From Octopus vulgaris (taxonomy: Eukaryota), in the NCBI GenBank assembly GCA_951406725.2, contig OX597838.1, positions 20,894,001 through 20,958,000 of the forward strand: 64,000 nt of DNA, in the 5' to 3' direction. The notes beneath the pieces were generated by a model, which saw nothing but the letters and a program-made list of their open reading frames with translations, did not search any database and had not been told where the DNA came from. A program made the translations under genes and the position numbers. Positions 1 through 16,079 of the stretch are shown here, in pieces (position 1 is the stretch's first letter; every line of letters begins with the position of its first letter).

Positions 1-1995
1 GCTAAAAATTGATTGAAAAAAATTCAACTGAAGGATTAGTGCACACGTGTGTGTGTGTGTGTATGTGTGTGTGTGTATTTCTTTCATTTTTTTCCTTTTC
101 TCTTACATTATGTATACATATCTGTGTGTATATGTGTTTGTCTGTGTCCATATCTATCTGTGTGTGTATGTGTGTGTGTGTGGCTGCACATGCAGATAAC
201 TGTGTGTGTGTGTCTGCACTGTGTGTTGGGAGAGAACAAGAGTTTGTATTGTAAGCATAGAATAAATTATTAGTGTGTGTATGTTCAGTTTTGACATGTG
301 TGGATATGTATGTACATGACACAATATACATATATATATATACACCCTTCTAGATTTACTTACAGCGTTTGTCTATCCTGTGTGTCCACCACAAGCCACC
401 TGACACTCTGTGTATACACACACACCTCTTTATTCTATTCCGCCTGCTCTGGATGTTCCCTATAGTGTACTTAACTATTGCTTATAACTTGCAGAATGCT
501 TGCCATGTGCAACAGTCTACAGGCACTTCTCTCTCTCTCTTTCTCTCTCTCCCTATCTATCTCTTTGCCTTCCGGCTGTCTGCGTTGCCCTTGGCAACCA
601 TTTGCTTCCTTGGCAGTGGAGTGCAGCATGCTACATGTTACTCTGCTGCCGGCTTACGACAACACCACTCGGAGTGGAGCAAGCAGTGTTGTCTCGTTTT
701 TCTCCCCGTCTCACTCGTTTCATGCTTACTCACCTCGTGCCTCCACAGACCTCCTCACTCCTGCGTAATCCATCGCCTCTTTCAATTACACCGACTGGAG
801 ATTAGATCGAAGGAGATGTACAGCCTTCTGTATGGATAAACACATGTACACATTCACACATACATATATACGCATGTATGTGCATATGTGCACTTTGGCT
901 GCAGCCGGGAATGGTAGTACTATTATTAAGAATGCATGTGGATTATTGTGAAGTAGGATCAATCTGATTGAGGTATAGTCTTACCTTAATGAATCTATCT
1001 CACAGACAAATCAGGGGGAGAAAAAATAATAATAAAAGAAAAGAACAATAACAAAAAAAACATAAAAACCCCTCCATCGGCCTACCTACTTCCTCGGTAT
1101 TCTTTTTATTTTTGTATCACTTGTTTTTACATGGATCTTACGAGTTCCTGCTTCGAGGTAAACTAATTAAATCCAGGTGGGTGTTTTTTGAGCTTGTCTT
1201 CGTTTGTGTTTATGTTTTCTTTGCTTAATAGCTCTTTGTTGCTGTTGTCTAATTCAGCCCTGGCAGAAGGGGTTCAAGTTGAGTCTGTTTTCATTTTTGC
1301 CAACAAAGTAACAAAGTCGATAAATACGCCCTGTTTCCATTGTCTTTTTCATAACTTCTGTAATAGTAGATATAGCACTGTTAGTGTCTCGGTGGCTGTT
1401 GTTTAACCCCAGGTAAATTTCTGGTCCCGCAGACCTATGATTCCAGTCATGACCATCCAATCCCATCTTGGATGTATTTCTTGATTTACAATCTTTCTTT
1501 TTTTTGGTTTTTTTTAGACAGTAAGGTGTGATTTATTAAAAATTTGGCTGCTATTTCTCACACGTCAACTAACAAGGACATAAACTAATTATCTCTTGTT
1601 TGTCAAAGTTTTTTTTTTTTTGTATTTCATTATCATAGCAATGAAGCAAAAAGTAAATACAATACCTCTCAATCCACCTGTCATTCTTTCTGTCTACCTA
1701 CCCATCTCTCTATCTACCTACCCTTCTCACTGTCTCTATCTGTCTGTCTGCCTATCCTTCCCTCCCCATCCATTCATTCATTCTCAGGCATGCCTCCATC
1801 CATCCATCCATCCATCCAGTCTCTCTATAATGGTTACATGGAGCATGTGTGAATTAACCACCTTTATTCCGCCTCACCCCACAAATCACAATGCTCATTG
1901 TAAGGGCTACATAGTTCTCTTCTGACCTCTTTAAGTTACTTGCTTTCTTTCTTTCCCTTTATTCTTTATGGTTCATGTGTTTGTGTGTCATCTAA

Positions 1996-2032
<37 letters not shown>

Positions 2033-2055
2033 TATATATGTATCATTGTTTAAGG

Positions 2056-2112
<57 letters not shown>

Positions 2113-2268
2113 TTCTTTACTACCCACAAGGGGCTAAACATAGAGGGGACAAACAAAGGGATTAAGTCGATTACATCGACCCCAGTGCGAAACTGGTACT
2201 TTATTTATCGATCCCCCGAAAGGATGAAAGGCAAAGTCGTCCTCGGCGGAATCTGAACTCAGAATGTA

Positions 2269-2378
<110 letters not shown>

Positions 2379-2819
2379 CTGCAGGCGTGGCTATGTGGTA
2401 AGAAGTTTGCTTCCAAACCACATGGTTCTAGGTTCAGTCCAACTGCTTGGCACCTAGTATTTTTATGTCTTTGTAACTTAGTGGTTCAGGCCAAAGAGAC
2501 CAGGTTTAAAAAATAAGTACTGGGGTCAATTCATTTGATTAAAAACTTCTCCAAGGCACTGCCCCAGCATGGCCCCAGTCTAACGGCTGAAATGAATAAA
2601 TGATATATACATGTATGTATGTGCGTGTGTGTGTGTGTATGTATGTATTGTGTGTGTGTGTATGTATTTGTGTGTGTGTATGTATTGTGTGTGTGTGTAT
2701 GTATGTATTGTGTGTGTATGTATGTATTGTGTGTGTGTATGTATGTATTGTGTGTGTGTATGTATGTATTGTGTGTGTGTGTATGTATGTATGTATTGTG
2801 TGTGTATGTATGTATGTAT

Positions 2820-2850
<31 letters not shown>

Positions 2851-4315
2851 GTTGGTGCAGGCGTGGGTGTGTGGTAAGGTGCTTGTTTCTCAACCACATA
2901 GCTCCTGGTTCAGTCCCACTGCATGGCACCTTGGGCAAGCATCCTCTACTATAGTCTCAGGCTAGATTTGGTGTGTGGATTTGGTAGAGGGAAACTAAAA
3001 GAAGCCCGTTGTGTGTGTGTGTATTTATATTTATGTGTGTTGTCCCCCCCCCCATTATCACTTGACAACCAATGTTGGTGTGTTTACATCCCCATAACTC
3101 AGCAGTTTAGCAAAGAGACTGATATAATTACTAAGTCCTGGGGTTGATTTGTTCAACTAAAACCCTTTAAGGCAGTGCTCCAGCATGGCTGTAGTCTGAC
3201 TGAAACAAGCAAAAGGATAAAAGAATATGCATGTGGTTGTGCGGTTAAGAAGCTTCCTTCCCAACCATGTAGTTGTGAGTTCAATACCACCTCACGGTGC
3301 ATTGGGTGAGTGCCTTTTATAATAGCTCTGGACTGATTCTGACAGAAACTTAAAGAAGCTTGTAATGTGTGTATAGGTGTGAGTTCCTCACTGTGCTACC
3401 ACCTTGAAGAACTTTTAGTGAAATGGAACAACCCCTGTACTTTTTTTTTTTTCTTGAAGCCCATTACTTTATCTATCAGTCTTTTTCTACTGAACTGCTA
3501 ACTTACAGGGATGTAAACAAAGTAACAACAGTTATCAAGCGGTGGATGGAGACAGACAGACACACACACACTTGTATGTGTGATAGGCTTCTTTCAGTTT
3601 CTTATTTCTTTACTGCCCACAAGGAGCTACACACAGAGGGGACAAACAAGGATAGACAAATGGATTAAGTCGATTGTATCGACCCCAGTGCGTAATTGGT
3701 ACTTACTTAATCGACCCCGAAAGGATGAAAGGCAAAGTCGACCTCGGCGGAATTTGAACTAGGAACGTAACTGCAGACGAAATTCCGCTAAGCATTTCAC
3801 CCGACGTGCTAACGTTTCTGCTGGCTCGCCGCTGAAAGGCTTCTTTCAGTTTCCGTCTACCAAATCAACTCACACGGCTTTGGTTGGCCTGAGGCCATAG
3901 TAGAAACACTTGCCCAAGGTATCCTGCAGTGGGGACTTGACCTGGAACCATGTGGTCCGGAAGCAAGCTGTTTTGCCACACAGCCACGCCTGCGTTTGTT
4001 TATATACATAAAACAAAAACAATGAAATATTCTTTATATTAGTCACCCTGTCTTATGTACCTTGAATTCACATATATTGGCTGTGAGGTGATATCCTGTA
4101 AACAGTGTCAATGTATTGTTTCCTTTTCAACACATAACCTGTACTACACTGCAATCTGGATTCCATAACAATAGGATACGATTACAATACTTACATATGT
4201 GAACAGTAGCACATGTGAAGTTCTAAATATTGGTTATTTGTCACACAGTAGTAGGTTTAAACTATACAATATGATCATATATATATATATATATATAAAA
4301 ACTATACAATATGAC

Positions 4316-4353
<38 letters not shown>

Positions 4354-4769
4354 ACAATATGATTTTATATATATATATATAGTATCAATAAAATTTATTA
4401 CACATTCCAACTATTTACCTAATACTGTTATCCCAACCACCACTACAAAGTTCCTGCAATAAATCTACGGATAACAACAGGTAATCGAAACTGTGCCGGT
4501 GCTTTACTCATCATCCATTTATACATTTTGTACAATTTCTCCATTCTATCTATCTATCTATCTATCTATCTATTAATGTTTTGCTTAGGCATATCAATGC
4601 TAATAATCTGAAGTTAGAACACAGTACACATATGCATCGAAATAAAGTGTTAATCAAGTACAGAGCATATAATGAGATTAAGCTAATGACAAAATAACAG
4701 GAGATTACATAATGAACTTCATTAGTTAACGACTCAGTGCATTGCATCTCTAGCAGAAACAACTGGTTG

Positions 4770-5590
<821 letters not shown>

Positions 5591-6589
5591 TATATGTTGT
5601 GTGTATCTATATATATTTTATTTGTTTCTGTCATTTGTGTCCATGCTGGAGCATTGCCTTAAAGGGTTTTAAGCGAAGAAATCAACCCCAGGGCTTATTC
5701 TATTGGTATTTTTGCTGAACTGCTAAGTTACATGGACATAAGCACACCAGCATCAGTTGTCAAGCAATAGTGGGGTAAATGGGTGGGTGGGACAAACACA
5801 GACAAACAAATATATACATACATATATATATATATATACAATGGACTTCTTTCAGTTTCCCTCTACCAAATCCACTCACAAGGCTTTGGTTGGTCTGAGG
5901 CTATAGTAGAAGACACTTGCCCAAGGTTCCCCACAGTGGGACTGAACCTGGAACCATGTGGTTGGGAAGCAAGCTTCTTACCACTCAGCGTGCTTGTGTC
6001 TATTAATATGGGTGTGTGTATTTATACACACACACACACACACTGAGTTTTTATTTTCAGTTATGATAAAAACAATTTTACATGAATCTGACAGGTTACC
6101 CTACACTTTTGTAGAGTACAAATTTATTATTCATAACAAGGATACTGTTGACAGTAACTTTGAAGTTTTGGATGGCTAAACCATTGTAGCACTACCTGAT
6201 GATAGTTTAACTGACCGGCATGGCTGCGTGGTAAGAAGCTTGCTTTCCAACCACATGGTTCCAGGTTCAGTCCTACTGTATGTCACCTTGGACAAGTGTC
6301 TTCTTCTATAGCCTTGGGCCAACCAAAGCCTTGTGAGTGGATTTGGTAGATGGAAACTGAAAGAAGCCTATCTGTCTATCCGTCCATCCGTCCGTCTGCA
6401 AGTTTATGTATATATCTATGTGTGTGTCTTCGTTATTTTTTTCCTCTTTGCCTGTGTGAGTTGAAGGTATTGCTGTCTGGGAGATATCTTATGGTAGTAC
6501 AATAGTATTTAACTGCTATTTCTAAATTTCGGTATGTGGTGAAGCAATTTTGCTAAGCCCTAATTATAATTATGTTCATAATTAAAATA

Positions 6590-6641
<52 letters not shown>

Positions 6642-6836
6642 ATAAAACGGTAAGATAACAAAAGGCGCCGGAGTGGCTGTGTGGTAAGTAGCTTGCTAAC
6701 CAACCACATGGTTCCGGGTTCAGTCCCACTGCGTGGCATCTTGGGCAAGTGTCTTCTGCTATAGCCCCGGGCCGACCAACGCCTTGTGAGTGGATTTGGT
6801 AGACGGAAACTGAAAGAAGCCTGCCGTATATATATG

Positions 6837-6867
<31 letters not shown>

Positions 6868-9800
6868 TTGTCCCCCTAGCGTTGTTTGACAACCGATGCT
6901 GGAGATCGATAGAATAAGTACTGGGCTTACAAAGAATAAGTCCCGGGGTTGATTTGCTCCACTAAAGGCGGTGCTCCAGCATGGCCGCAGTCAAATGACT
7001 GAAACGAGTAAAAGAGTATATATATATATATATAATGTTTTTTTGTGTGTGGAAAGGCATGATGATTTGTGTGTATGTATATATACACATTTCCCAATAT
7101 CAATGTATAAATGTCTATACAACCTGCATACAAGGAGTGTCCTTTAAGTTCTAAGCCTATAATAACATCTGACATTATCAAGTGTTGTTGTTGTTCTTGT
7201 TGACTCTGATCACCAACTGGAAATCAATAAAATCACATCCCCTCCACACACACACACACACTTTATCTTGACTCTTATACCTCTCTTTCTGGTATCTCAA
7301 ACACACCCTCATGATCCTTAATCCTTTCTTTCTCTTCTTACCTCTCTGTCTATCACTCCTTTCTTCCTTTCTTTCTTTCTCATTCCCTTAGCCTTTCTCT
7401 CTTCCTGTCCTTCCATGCTTTACTGAGAACATTGTCTTTTTTCAACTCTCTCCCTCCCTCCCTCCCTCTCTGTGTATAACTCTTGTAAACCTTCATATTG
7501 TCTCTAATATTAGCACACATACACACACACTTTCTCTCTCTCTCTCTCCCTCTCCCCTACACCCTTCTGTTCTCTTCTCTCTCTTCCTTTTTTATCTGAT
7601 TAACTTTATCTTTTCATAAGCCCTGTGACTTTTATCTAATAATCTCTCTTCTCCTCCTCTTCTCCCTCTTCTTTATAACCTTCTTCATCTCCCCTTTCTT
7701 CATATTCCCACCTCCTCCCCCTCTTTATATCCATCTCTCCCTACCACCCCTATCTTCTATCTTACTCTTCCATACTGCTCTCCTTTCTCCCCTCCCCTCT
7801 CTCTATAAATATTTCAGATATTTCATTCAAGGAAGCATCACTGAAATCAATTCTGTCTCAGTATATAATTGCCACCCGTCTCTGTTGTAGTGGTAGAAGT
7901 ATTTGTGATGGTGGTAGGGCTTGTTTTACTAGTATTACTAGTTGTTGCTGTTGTTGTTGTAGGTGTGGCTGTGTGGTAAGAAGTTTACTTCCCAACTACA
8001 TAGTTCCGGGTTCAGTCTTACTCTGTGGCACCTTTGGCAAGTGTCTCCTACTGTAGCCCCGGATCAACCAAAGCCTTATGAGTTGATTTGGCAAACAGAA
8101 ACTGAAATATGTCTATGTGTGTATATATATATGTGTACACACATACTCACACATTTTTGGATTAAGGCTACCATTTGTTTCATGTTAAATAAACCCTTAA
8201 CAATTATCTAGCCTATCCTATAGAATATTGGTGTTTGTCTCCATTTTGGATTAAAACTCACAAAAGAATCTTGATCCACCAATGTTGATCACTCATTCTC
8301 ATTGTTCAATATTCACATATATCTATATATGCGTGTTTGTGTGTCCTTGCCTTGACATTACATGATATTTGTGAGTAAGTGTCACCAACATGCAAGTTAC
8401 GTCCTTCATTTGCAATCTTCCATGAAAACATGTCTGGTCATGAGAAAATGTTATCTTACTTTGAAACAGGCAAGGGTCGGCAACAGGAAGGGCATCCAAC
8501 TATAGAAAACTCATCTCAACAAATTCTGTCCAACACCTGTGAGCCTGCCAACTCTCAGTGTACAGGGGAAACGGGGGTCAGTAACAACGGGTTCTAAAAA
8601 CCCTGTCATTTCAAGGGATTCACATTTCATTATGCAGTTGAGCAAGTCGAAATACGAAAGAATGTGAGAAGGAAAATATACCAAAGGCGTTGATGGTGAT
8701 AGTGATGGGGGTAATGATTACGATGATGATGAGGCTGGTTCTGATGAGGATATTGATGGTGGTGATGAGGAAACATAAAAAAAACAATGGTAATGATGGA
8801 GATGTAGAAATAATTATAGAGGGGATGCTGGTTGTATTGATAACAGTGGTGTTAGTGGAGGCAATGGTAGGGTGGTAGTAGAAGTAGCGGTATTGATAGT
8901 AATTGATAGCTCAGATCAAAGGCATTCCATCCATGACCTCGTGTTTTTCATGGTATCTAGGATTGCATTATCAAATGTGTTCTTTCTGTTTTTTGTTTTT
9001 TCAAGGTGGTAGTGTGTAATTTGAGGGAGATTTGGCTGGTATTTTTGAAGGTTGAACAACCATACTCTTTTACTTGTTTCAGTCATTTGACTGTGGCCAT
9101 GCTGGGGCACTGCCTTTTAGTCAAACAAATCGACCCCAGGACTTATTCTATTGGCCTCTTTTGCCGAACCGCTAAGTTACGAGGATGTAAACACACCAGT
9201 ATCGGTTTTCAAGCAATGTTGGGGGCACAAACACAGACACACAAACATATACAGACACGCATACATATACATATATACGATGGGCTTCTTTCAGTTTCCG
9301 TCTACCAAATCCACTCACAAGGCTTTGGTCGGCCCGAGGCTATAGTAGAAGACACTTGCCCAAGGTGCCACGCAGTGGGACTGAACCCGGAACCATGTGG
9401 TTCGTAAACAAGCTACTTACCACACAGCCAAATTACACCTGTGTAGAGATTCCTATTTTGTTTGTTTTTATTTTTAATTTGGAGAGGTGAAGTTTGCTAA
9501 AAGTGGTGTTGGCTCTAGCGAGACAGTGGTGTTGCATTAATGAAGAAATGGTTCGGTGAAATCAGTACAGTAGTGGAGGTAGCAGTAGTGGTAGGGCGAT
9601 GATGGTGGAGGTAGTATTATGGCTGTGGTGGTAGAACCAGTGGTATTGTAGTATTGGTAGAAGGCGACGAGCTGGCAGAATTGTTAGCACACCGGGCGAA
9701 ATGCTTAGCGGTATTTCGTCTGCCGTAACGTTGTGAGTTCAAATTCCGCCGAGGTCAACTAGGCCTTTCATCCTTTCGGGGTCGATAAATTAAGTACCAG

Positions 9801-10830
9801 TTACGCACTGGGGTCGATGTAATCGATTTAATACCTATGTCTGTCCTTGTTTGTCCCCTCTGTGTTTAGCCCCTTGTGAGTAATAAAGAAATAAGTATTG
9901 GTAGAAGTTGGGCAATGGTAGAGATGGTGGTGGTGGCTATGGTATATTGGTAGAGGTTGTAGAGAAGCAATTGTAGATACAATGGTAGTGGGGGTGGCAG
10001 TAGGGGGTGTTGCTCCTGTTTTTGGTGGTGATGTGAGGATATAAAGCTGCTTAATCAAATGGAAAAGATTCAAAGAAGAAACTGCCTCAATGGAATTTCT
10101 GGTACTTAGAGGGAAAGAAAATCATACAGGGAAAAAAAAAAAAAAAGAGGTGGATAGAGGGAGGTGTGTGTGTGTGTGTGTGTGCTTTCGGTGGAAGTAA
10201 AAGGATTCTGTGGATGAGTAATAACAACAACAACAAGGCTAACATACCTAAGTCCCATTCGCTATCTCGGTTTTGTAACAACAACAAGAACAACAACGAC
10301 AATCTGGTTTGGTATGCAAAAGACACTTCTGCTTCACTGCCATCAACAAACCTCCTCCCCCCTCTACAAGTTTAGAGACTAAGGAATAGCAACAACAAAC
10401 AGCAGCAGCAGCATTGACAACAGCAAAAACAAAGGCAGCAAGAATGAAAACGACGACAACAACAGCGAGTAATAACAATATTCCAATAAGGGGCATTGTT
10501 GGTTGCCTTCGTTGCAGTGCACTGTTACCTAACCACTACAGTCACCACCACCACTACCATCACCCCCTTAGTTGCAGTATATTACTATCTGGCCACCACC
10601 ACCACAACTCTCTCTTTCCAAAGTTTCGCTGTTGCTATACCTGAAGAACCTTACCTCATTACCTTCTCTGTCTTTATCTTCACCTCTCTCTCTCTGTCCT
10701 TCAACTTCTGTCCCCACCTCGCTCCACTTCCTTTTGGTCGTGTTCTTGACCCCCAGTAGTTTTGTTACTGGTTTCAGCCACTGCACCATGGTGAAGCTGG
10801 GGCATCATGTTCTATTACTACATTAATCCC

Positions 10831-10877
<47 letters not shown>

Positions 10878-11185
10878 GGAGGTGCAATGGCCCAGGTGGT
10901 TAGGGCAGCGGACTCGCGGTCATAGGATCGCGGTTTCGATTCTCAGACCAGGTGTTGTGAGTGTTTATTGAGCGAAAACACCTAAAAGCTCCACGAGGCT
11001 CTGGCAGGGGGGGGGGGGGGCGATCCCTGCTGTACTCTTTTGCTACAACTTTCTCTCACTCTTTCTTCTGTTGGCCTGCTCGCTTAGCCAGTGGGGTGGC
11101 GTCATTTGAAGACTAAAACAATGCGAAGTGCATTGTGACCAGCGATGTGTAGCAACATCTGATAGCCTGGTCGATTACGGTGATA
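10878..11185 (+). mobile_element. tRNA-derived SINE family C (representative copy)
   Basis: Head ggaggtgcaatggccca(g)gtggttagggcagcggactcgcggtcataggatcgcggtttcgatt with A/B boxes. Other copies at 41338-41718 and 52051-52355. Confidence 0.8.
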
Positions 11186-14100
11186 TATATATTATTACTA
11201 GTAAGCAGGAAAGCGGATGAATTACAAAGCCCTTCAGAAGAATGGTTCTGCTAAATATGTAGAAAAGGTTCCAGTAGAAATTCTGTGTGTCAAGCCAGCA
11301 GAAATGTTAGCATGCCGGGTGAAATGCTTAGCGGTATTTCGTCTGCCTCAACGGTCTGAGTTTAAATTCCGCCAAGTTTGACTTTACCTTTCATCCTTTC
11401 GGGGTTGATTAAATAAGTACCAGTTACACACTGGGGTCAATATAATCGACTTAATCCGTTTGTCTGTCCTTGTTTGTCTCTACCCCTCCCCTCTGCCACC
11501 TAGTCTCCCCTGTCGAGTCTCTTCCCCATGGTGTATCCCAACAACCCCCTTTACCTCTGTTTCTGTCTACTCTTTACATTCCCTCCCCTCCACCTCTCAA
11601 TCTCCTTTCGCAATCTTGCAAACTTACCCACCCACTCACCCTATCCAATCCTTGGTTCCACTCCATTTATATCCCCCCCCCCTGCATAACCTGAGTGTAA
11701 ACCACCCCCCTCTGTCTCATCTTCATCATCTTGTCTTTCCTTTTTCTCTCTTCTGCTTACTCCCTCTCTCTTTCTCTCTCTTTTCTACCCTACTGGGGTA
11801 GCCATCTATCTCTCCTTTACTGCAAGACCCCTATTTCTGTCCTTCTGCTCATACTCTGACCTCTTGTCTGGCACAAAGCCACCTTCCTCAATACTGTGCC
11901 TCCCATTCATCTCAGGGCTCTCATCTTCTAAATTATTTGGTAACCCCCATAGGTGCTGGTGCCATGTAAAAAAAAACAAAAAAAAGGCTCCCAGTCCACT
12001 CTGCAAAGTGGTTGGCATTAGGAAGGGCATCCAGTCATTGAAAACATGCCAAATCGCTCAGTAGAACTTGCCAGCTCCCATGATACCATCCAACCCATGC
12101 CAGCATAGAAAATTGACATTAAATGATGATGATGATGATGACAGTTCTCAGAATATATTCTATTAGTCTCGAATGATGAATGATAAAGTGGAGCTTCAAT
12201 GAGTGGGAAGGGAGAAAGCAGTGTCCATGACCCTTTATAGAACTTCTCTCAGAGACTGGTAGCAAAAGGAGGAGGTGGGTATCTTAAGACTGAAGAGTCT
12301 GGCCCCAAGTGCCTGCCACATTGCTGTGTTAAACCAACTGATAATGGTTCAGCATCACCATCTGCATGACAAGCATTAATTAAGTTAGTGTTAACATTTA
12401 GCATGATACCGGAAGCGTTAAAATAGTTTGTAGGATGGGAAATGTCAAGGATGTTAGTGCAGTTTCAATGCTATTCATTCGTGCTTAATATTTTTCTCTC
12501 TGTGTTGGATGTTTGACTGTCATAACTGCCTGGAAGTCAAACGGCTACATTTGATGAATGAAAAGTTGTTTTAAATATTAAACCAATTCTGAGATGCCAT
12601 CAGTATGCTGAATAATAAGTGAGTGAGTGAGTGAAAGTAATGCATTTAAAGCTTGGAATATCATCATCATCATCATCGTCGTTTAATGTCTGCTTTCCAT
12701 GCTGGCATGGGTTGGACAGTTTGACTTGAGGACTGGCAAGACAGGAGGCTGCACCAGGCTCCAATTTGATCTGGCTAAGTTTCCACAGCTGGATGCCCTT
12801 CCTAACATCAACAACTCCAAGAGTGTAGTGGGTGCTTTTGACGTGCCACCAGCATGGGGGCCAGTCAGGCAGCACTGAAATCAACCACCCGTGAACGGTG
12901 CTTTTTACATGACACTGGCATGGGAGCCAGTCAGGGAACACTGGCACTAACTATGCTCGGATGATGCTTTTTATGTGCCACCAGCACAGGTGCCAGTCAG
13001 GCAGCACTGGCATCAATCATGCTCAAATGGTGTTTTTTGCATGCCACTAGCATGGGAGCCATACAGGTGGCACTGGCATTGACCACACTCAAACAGTACT
13101 TCTTATATGCCACTGGCATTGGCCACACTCAAATGGTGCATGGCTGATGTTATTATAAACTATTAAAAAATTATTAACAGTGGTTGTGTGCTAAGAAGTT
13201 CCCAACCACATAGTCTTGAGTTCAATCCCACTGCATGGCCCTTGGTTGGCCCAAGGCTATTGTAGAAGACACCTGCCCAAGGTGCCATGCCATGGAACTG
13301 AACCTGGGACCATGTAGTTGGGAACTGAACTTCTTACCTATATAGATATGGGTTGTGTATGTTTATGTCTCCTTGTCTTGGCATTGAATGATAGTTGTAA
13401 ATGATTTTCTGTAATACAAGCAGCATTAGCCATTTCCATGTATGTGGCAAATATGGCTTTGCTTAGAAGTAGGTGAGGTTTGTTGACAGGAAAGGCACCC
13501 CACCATAGAAAATCTGCCTCATTAAACTCTGTCCAACCCATGCAAGCATGGAAAAGTGGATGTTAAAATGATGATAATGATGATGAATTACTAGTATTTT
13601 TGCTTTTTTCTCTTTTCTTTCCTAGTTCCAACAAATATACGTTATTTATGCATATACACTTAGCAGATTGCCAGTCAACATTTTAACAAGTTACTGAGAA
13701 GCTACTTTTGTCTTGAGGGTCTTTGAAAGACAAGTGAAATGTCTAGAGTTGTTATGTATACTTGCCAAGGGAAACACAAAATTAGCAAAATATTTGTCGT
13801 CTACTAATATTTATTTTTCACTCACTCCATATTTAATTCTACATAAGTATTCTACTGCGTTCCAGAATTAAGTACATTTTCAGACAAAACAAACTTTTAG
13901 AAGGAAGTTCGGTAATTAAGTCTGTTTAAGATAAGTCATCGTTAACCCCTTTCCTGGCAAAGGCGAGTTAACTTGTCTTCACCCAGTTTGTCTTTTTCAG
14001 GATGCGGCGAGTAAGCTCATCCAAAGCATATACTTTCAAAAACAGCTACTGAGGAGTTTATATGTCAATTTTCGGCATTTCATCATCATCATCATCGTTT

Positions 14101-16044
14101 AGCGTCCGTTTTCCATGCTAGCATGGGTTGGACGGTTCAACTGGGGTCTGTGAAGCCGGAAGGCTTCATCAGGCCTAGTCAGATCTGGCAGTGTTTCTAC
14201 GGCTGGATGCTCTTCCTAATGCCAACCACTCCGTGAGTGTAGTGGGTGCTTTTTACGTGCCACCCGCACAGGTGCCAGACAGAGCTGGCAAACGGCCACG
14301 AACGGATGATGCTTTTTATGTGCCACCAGCACGGGGGCCAGGCAAGGCTGGCAATGGACATGAACGGATGGTGCTTTTTACGTGCCACCGGCATGAGGCC
14401 AGTCGGGGCGGCGCTGGCAATGGTCACGAACGGATGGTTCTCTTACATGCCACCGGCACTGGTAACACATCTGCAATTTCCATTGATCGATTTCGATTCT
14501 GATCCTCACTTGCCTCAACAGGTCTTCACAAGTAGAGTTTTGTGTCCCAAGAAGGGAAGGTATGCATACGTAGGCTGGCTCCATCCCATGTAGAAGGCCA
14601 CGGGTTATGGTGTCACTTGTCCTGCCTTTATCTGTTTTTACTAGACTAACAAAGAATAAGTCCTGGGGTCGATTTTCTTGACTAAAGGCAGTGGTCCAGC
14701 ATGGCTGCAGTCAAGATGACTGAAACAAGTAAAAGAGTAAAAGAGTATACCAATGCCATTGGTATGGACATATAAAGTGTGTGTGTGATCTTTTTCATTC
14801 CTTTGACACTCAGGTTCTCCTTCAGCTCAATTGCGCATCCACGTCTATGCATGTACTAAGATTGCTTACCCAGTGGAGTATGTTTCATTTCTTTCCTTTC
14901 TTTGCTCCATCTTTGCTGATCACTTGCATGCAACATCACAATTTGTTCACAAACATCATACAATTTCCTACATCATAACTATGGTAAATATACACAGTTA
15001 ATATGAGGTTAATAGTCATGAAAATGATAATGTTGTTATCTCTAATCCTGATATCAGGAGCCATAGAAGTTGTGTACAATCATCATCATCATCGTTTAAC
15101 ATCTGTTTTCCATGCTAGCATGGGTTGGACAGTTCGACCAGGGTCTGGGAAGCCAGGAGGCTGCACCAGGCTCCAATTTGATCTGGCAGTGTTTCTACAG
15201 CTGGATGACCTTCCTAACGCCAACTACTCCATGAGTGTAGTGAGTGCTTTTTGCGTGCCGCCGGCACAGGTGCCAGGGGAGGCTGGCAACAGCCACAATC
15301 GATTTGTGTTTTTTATGTGCCACCGGCACGAAAGCCAGTCAACGCAGCGCTGGTATCGGCCATGTTCAGATGGTGCTTTTTATGTGCCACTGGCACATAA
15401 AAAAAGCATCTGGTTCACTCTGAAGTGGTTGGCATTAGGAAGGGCATCTAGCCATAGAATTCATGTCACAGCAGATATTGGAGCTTAGCACTGTCCTCTG
15501 GCTTGTTGGCCCCTGTCAGACTGTCCAACCCATTCCAGCATGGAAAATGGATGTCAAATGACAGTGAGTCTTTCATGTGTTGTCAAAGTAGCAAGAAGTG
15601 AACACTAGCCCTCCTTTGCCTGCTCACACACCAAATTACACGGGACATTGTGTTTTCTTAGTTGTTTTACCAATATTTACCAAACTGCACAAATAATAAC
15701 ATTTGTATTTTCAATGCTAAAGAATCCTACACAAAATAAATATAGCGCTGTTTATCTAGGACCATCCATACACATGGGACAGAAAGAAAAAATATTGTTT
15801 TGGTGTGGTGACTGGGTGAGAGGAGGCAGGTCAGCCAGCACATAGGGTCTCCAAGACAGGAGAAGTGTAGTGGAAGAGGAGAAAGAAATCTTAACTCATG
15901 GTCATAAGAAAGGAAACACTGGTCACAACCAAACCCCAAGCAAGTGAGATGTGTCAAACTGTCTCAATCAGTTGGCCAATGAGAAAGCTTCTATGTTTTG
16001 GCTTGATCTGCTATAAAGAACAAGATAAATCTTCAAATTGTTCC

Positions 16045-16079
<35 letters not shown>

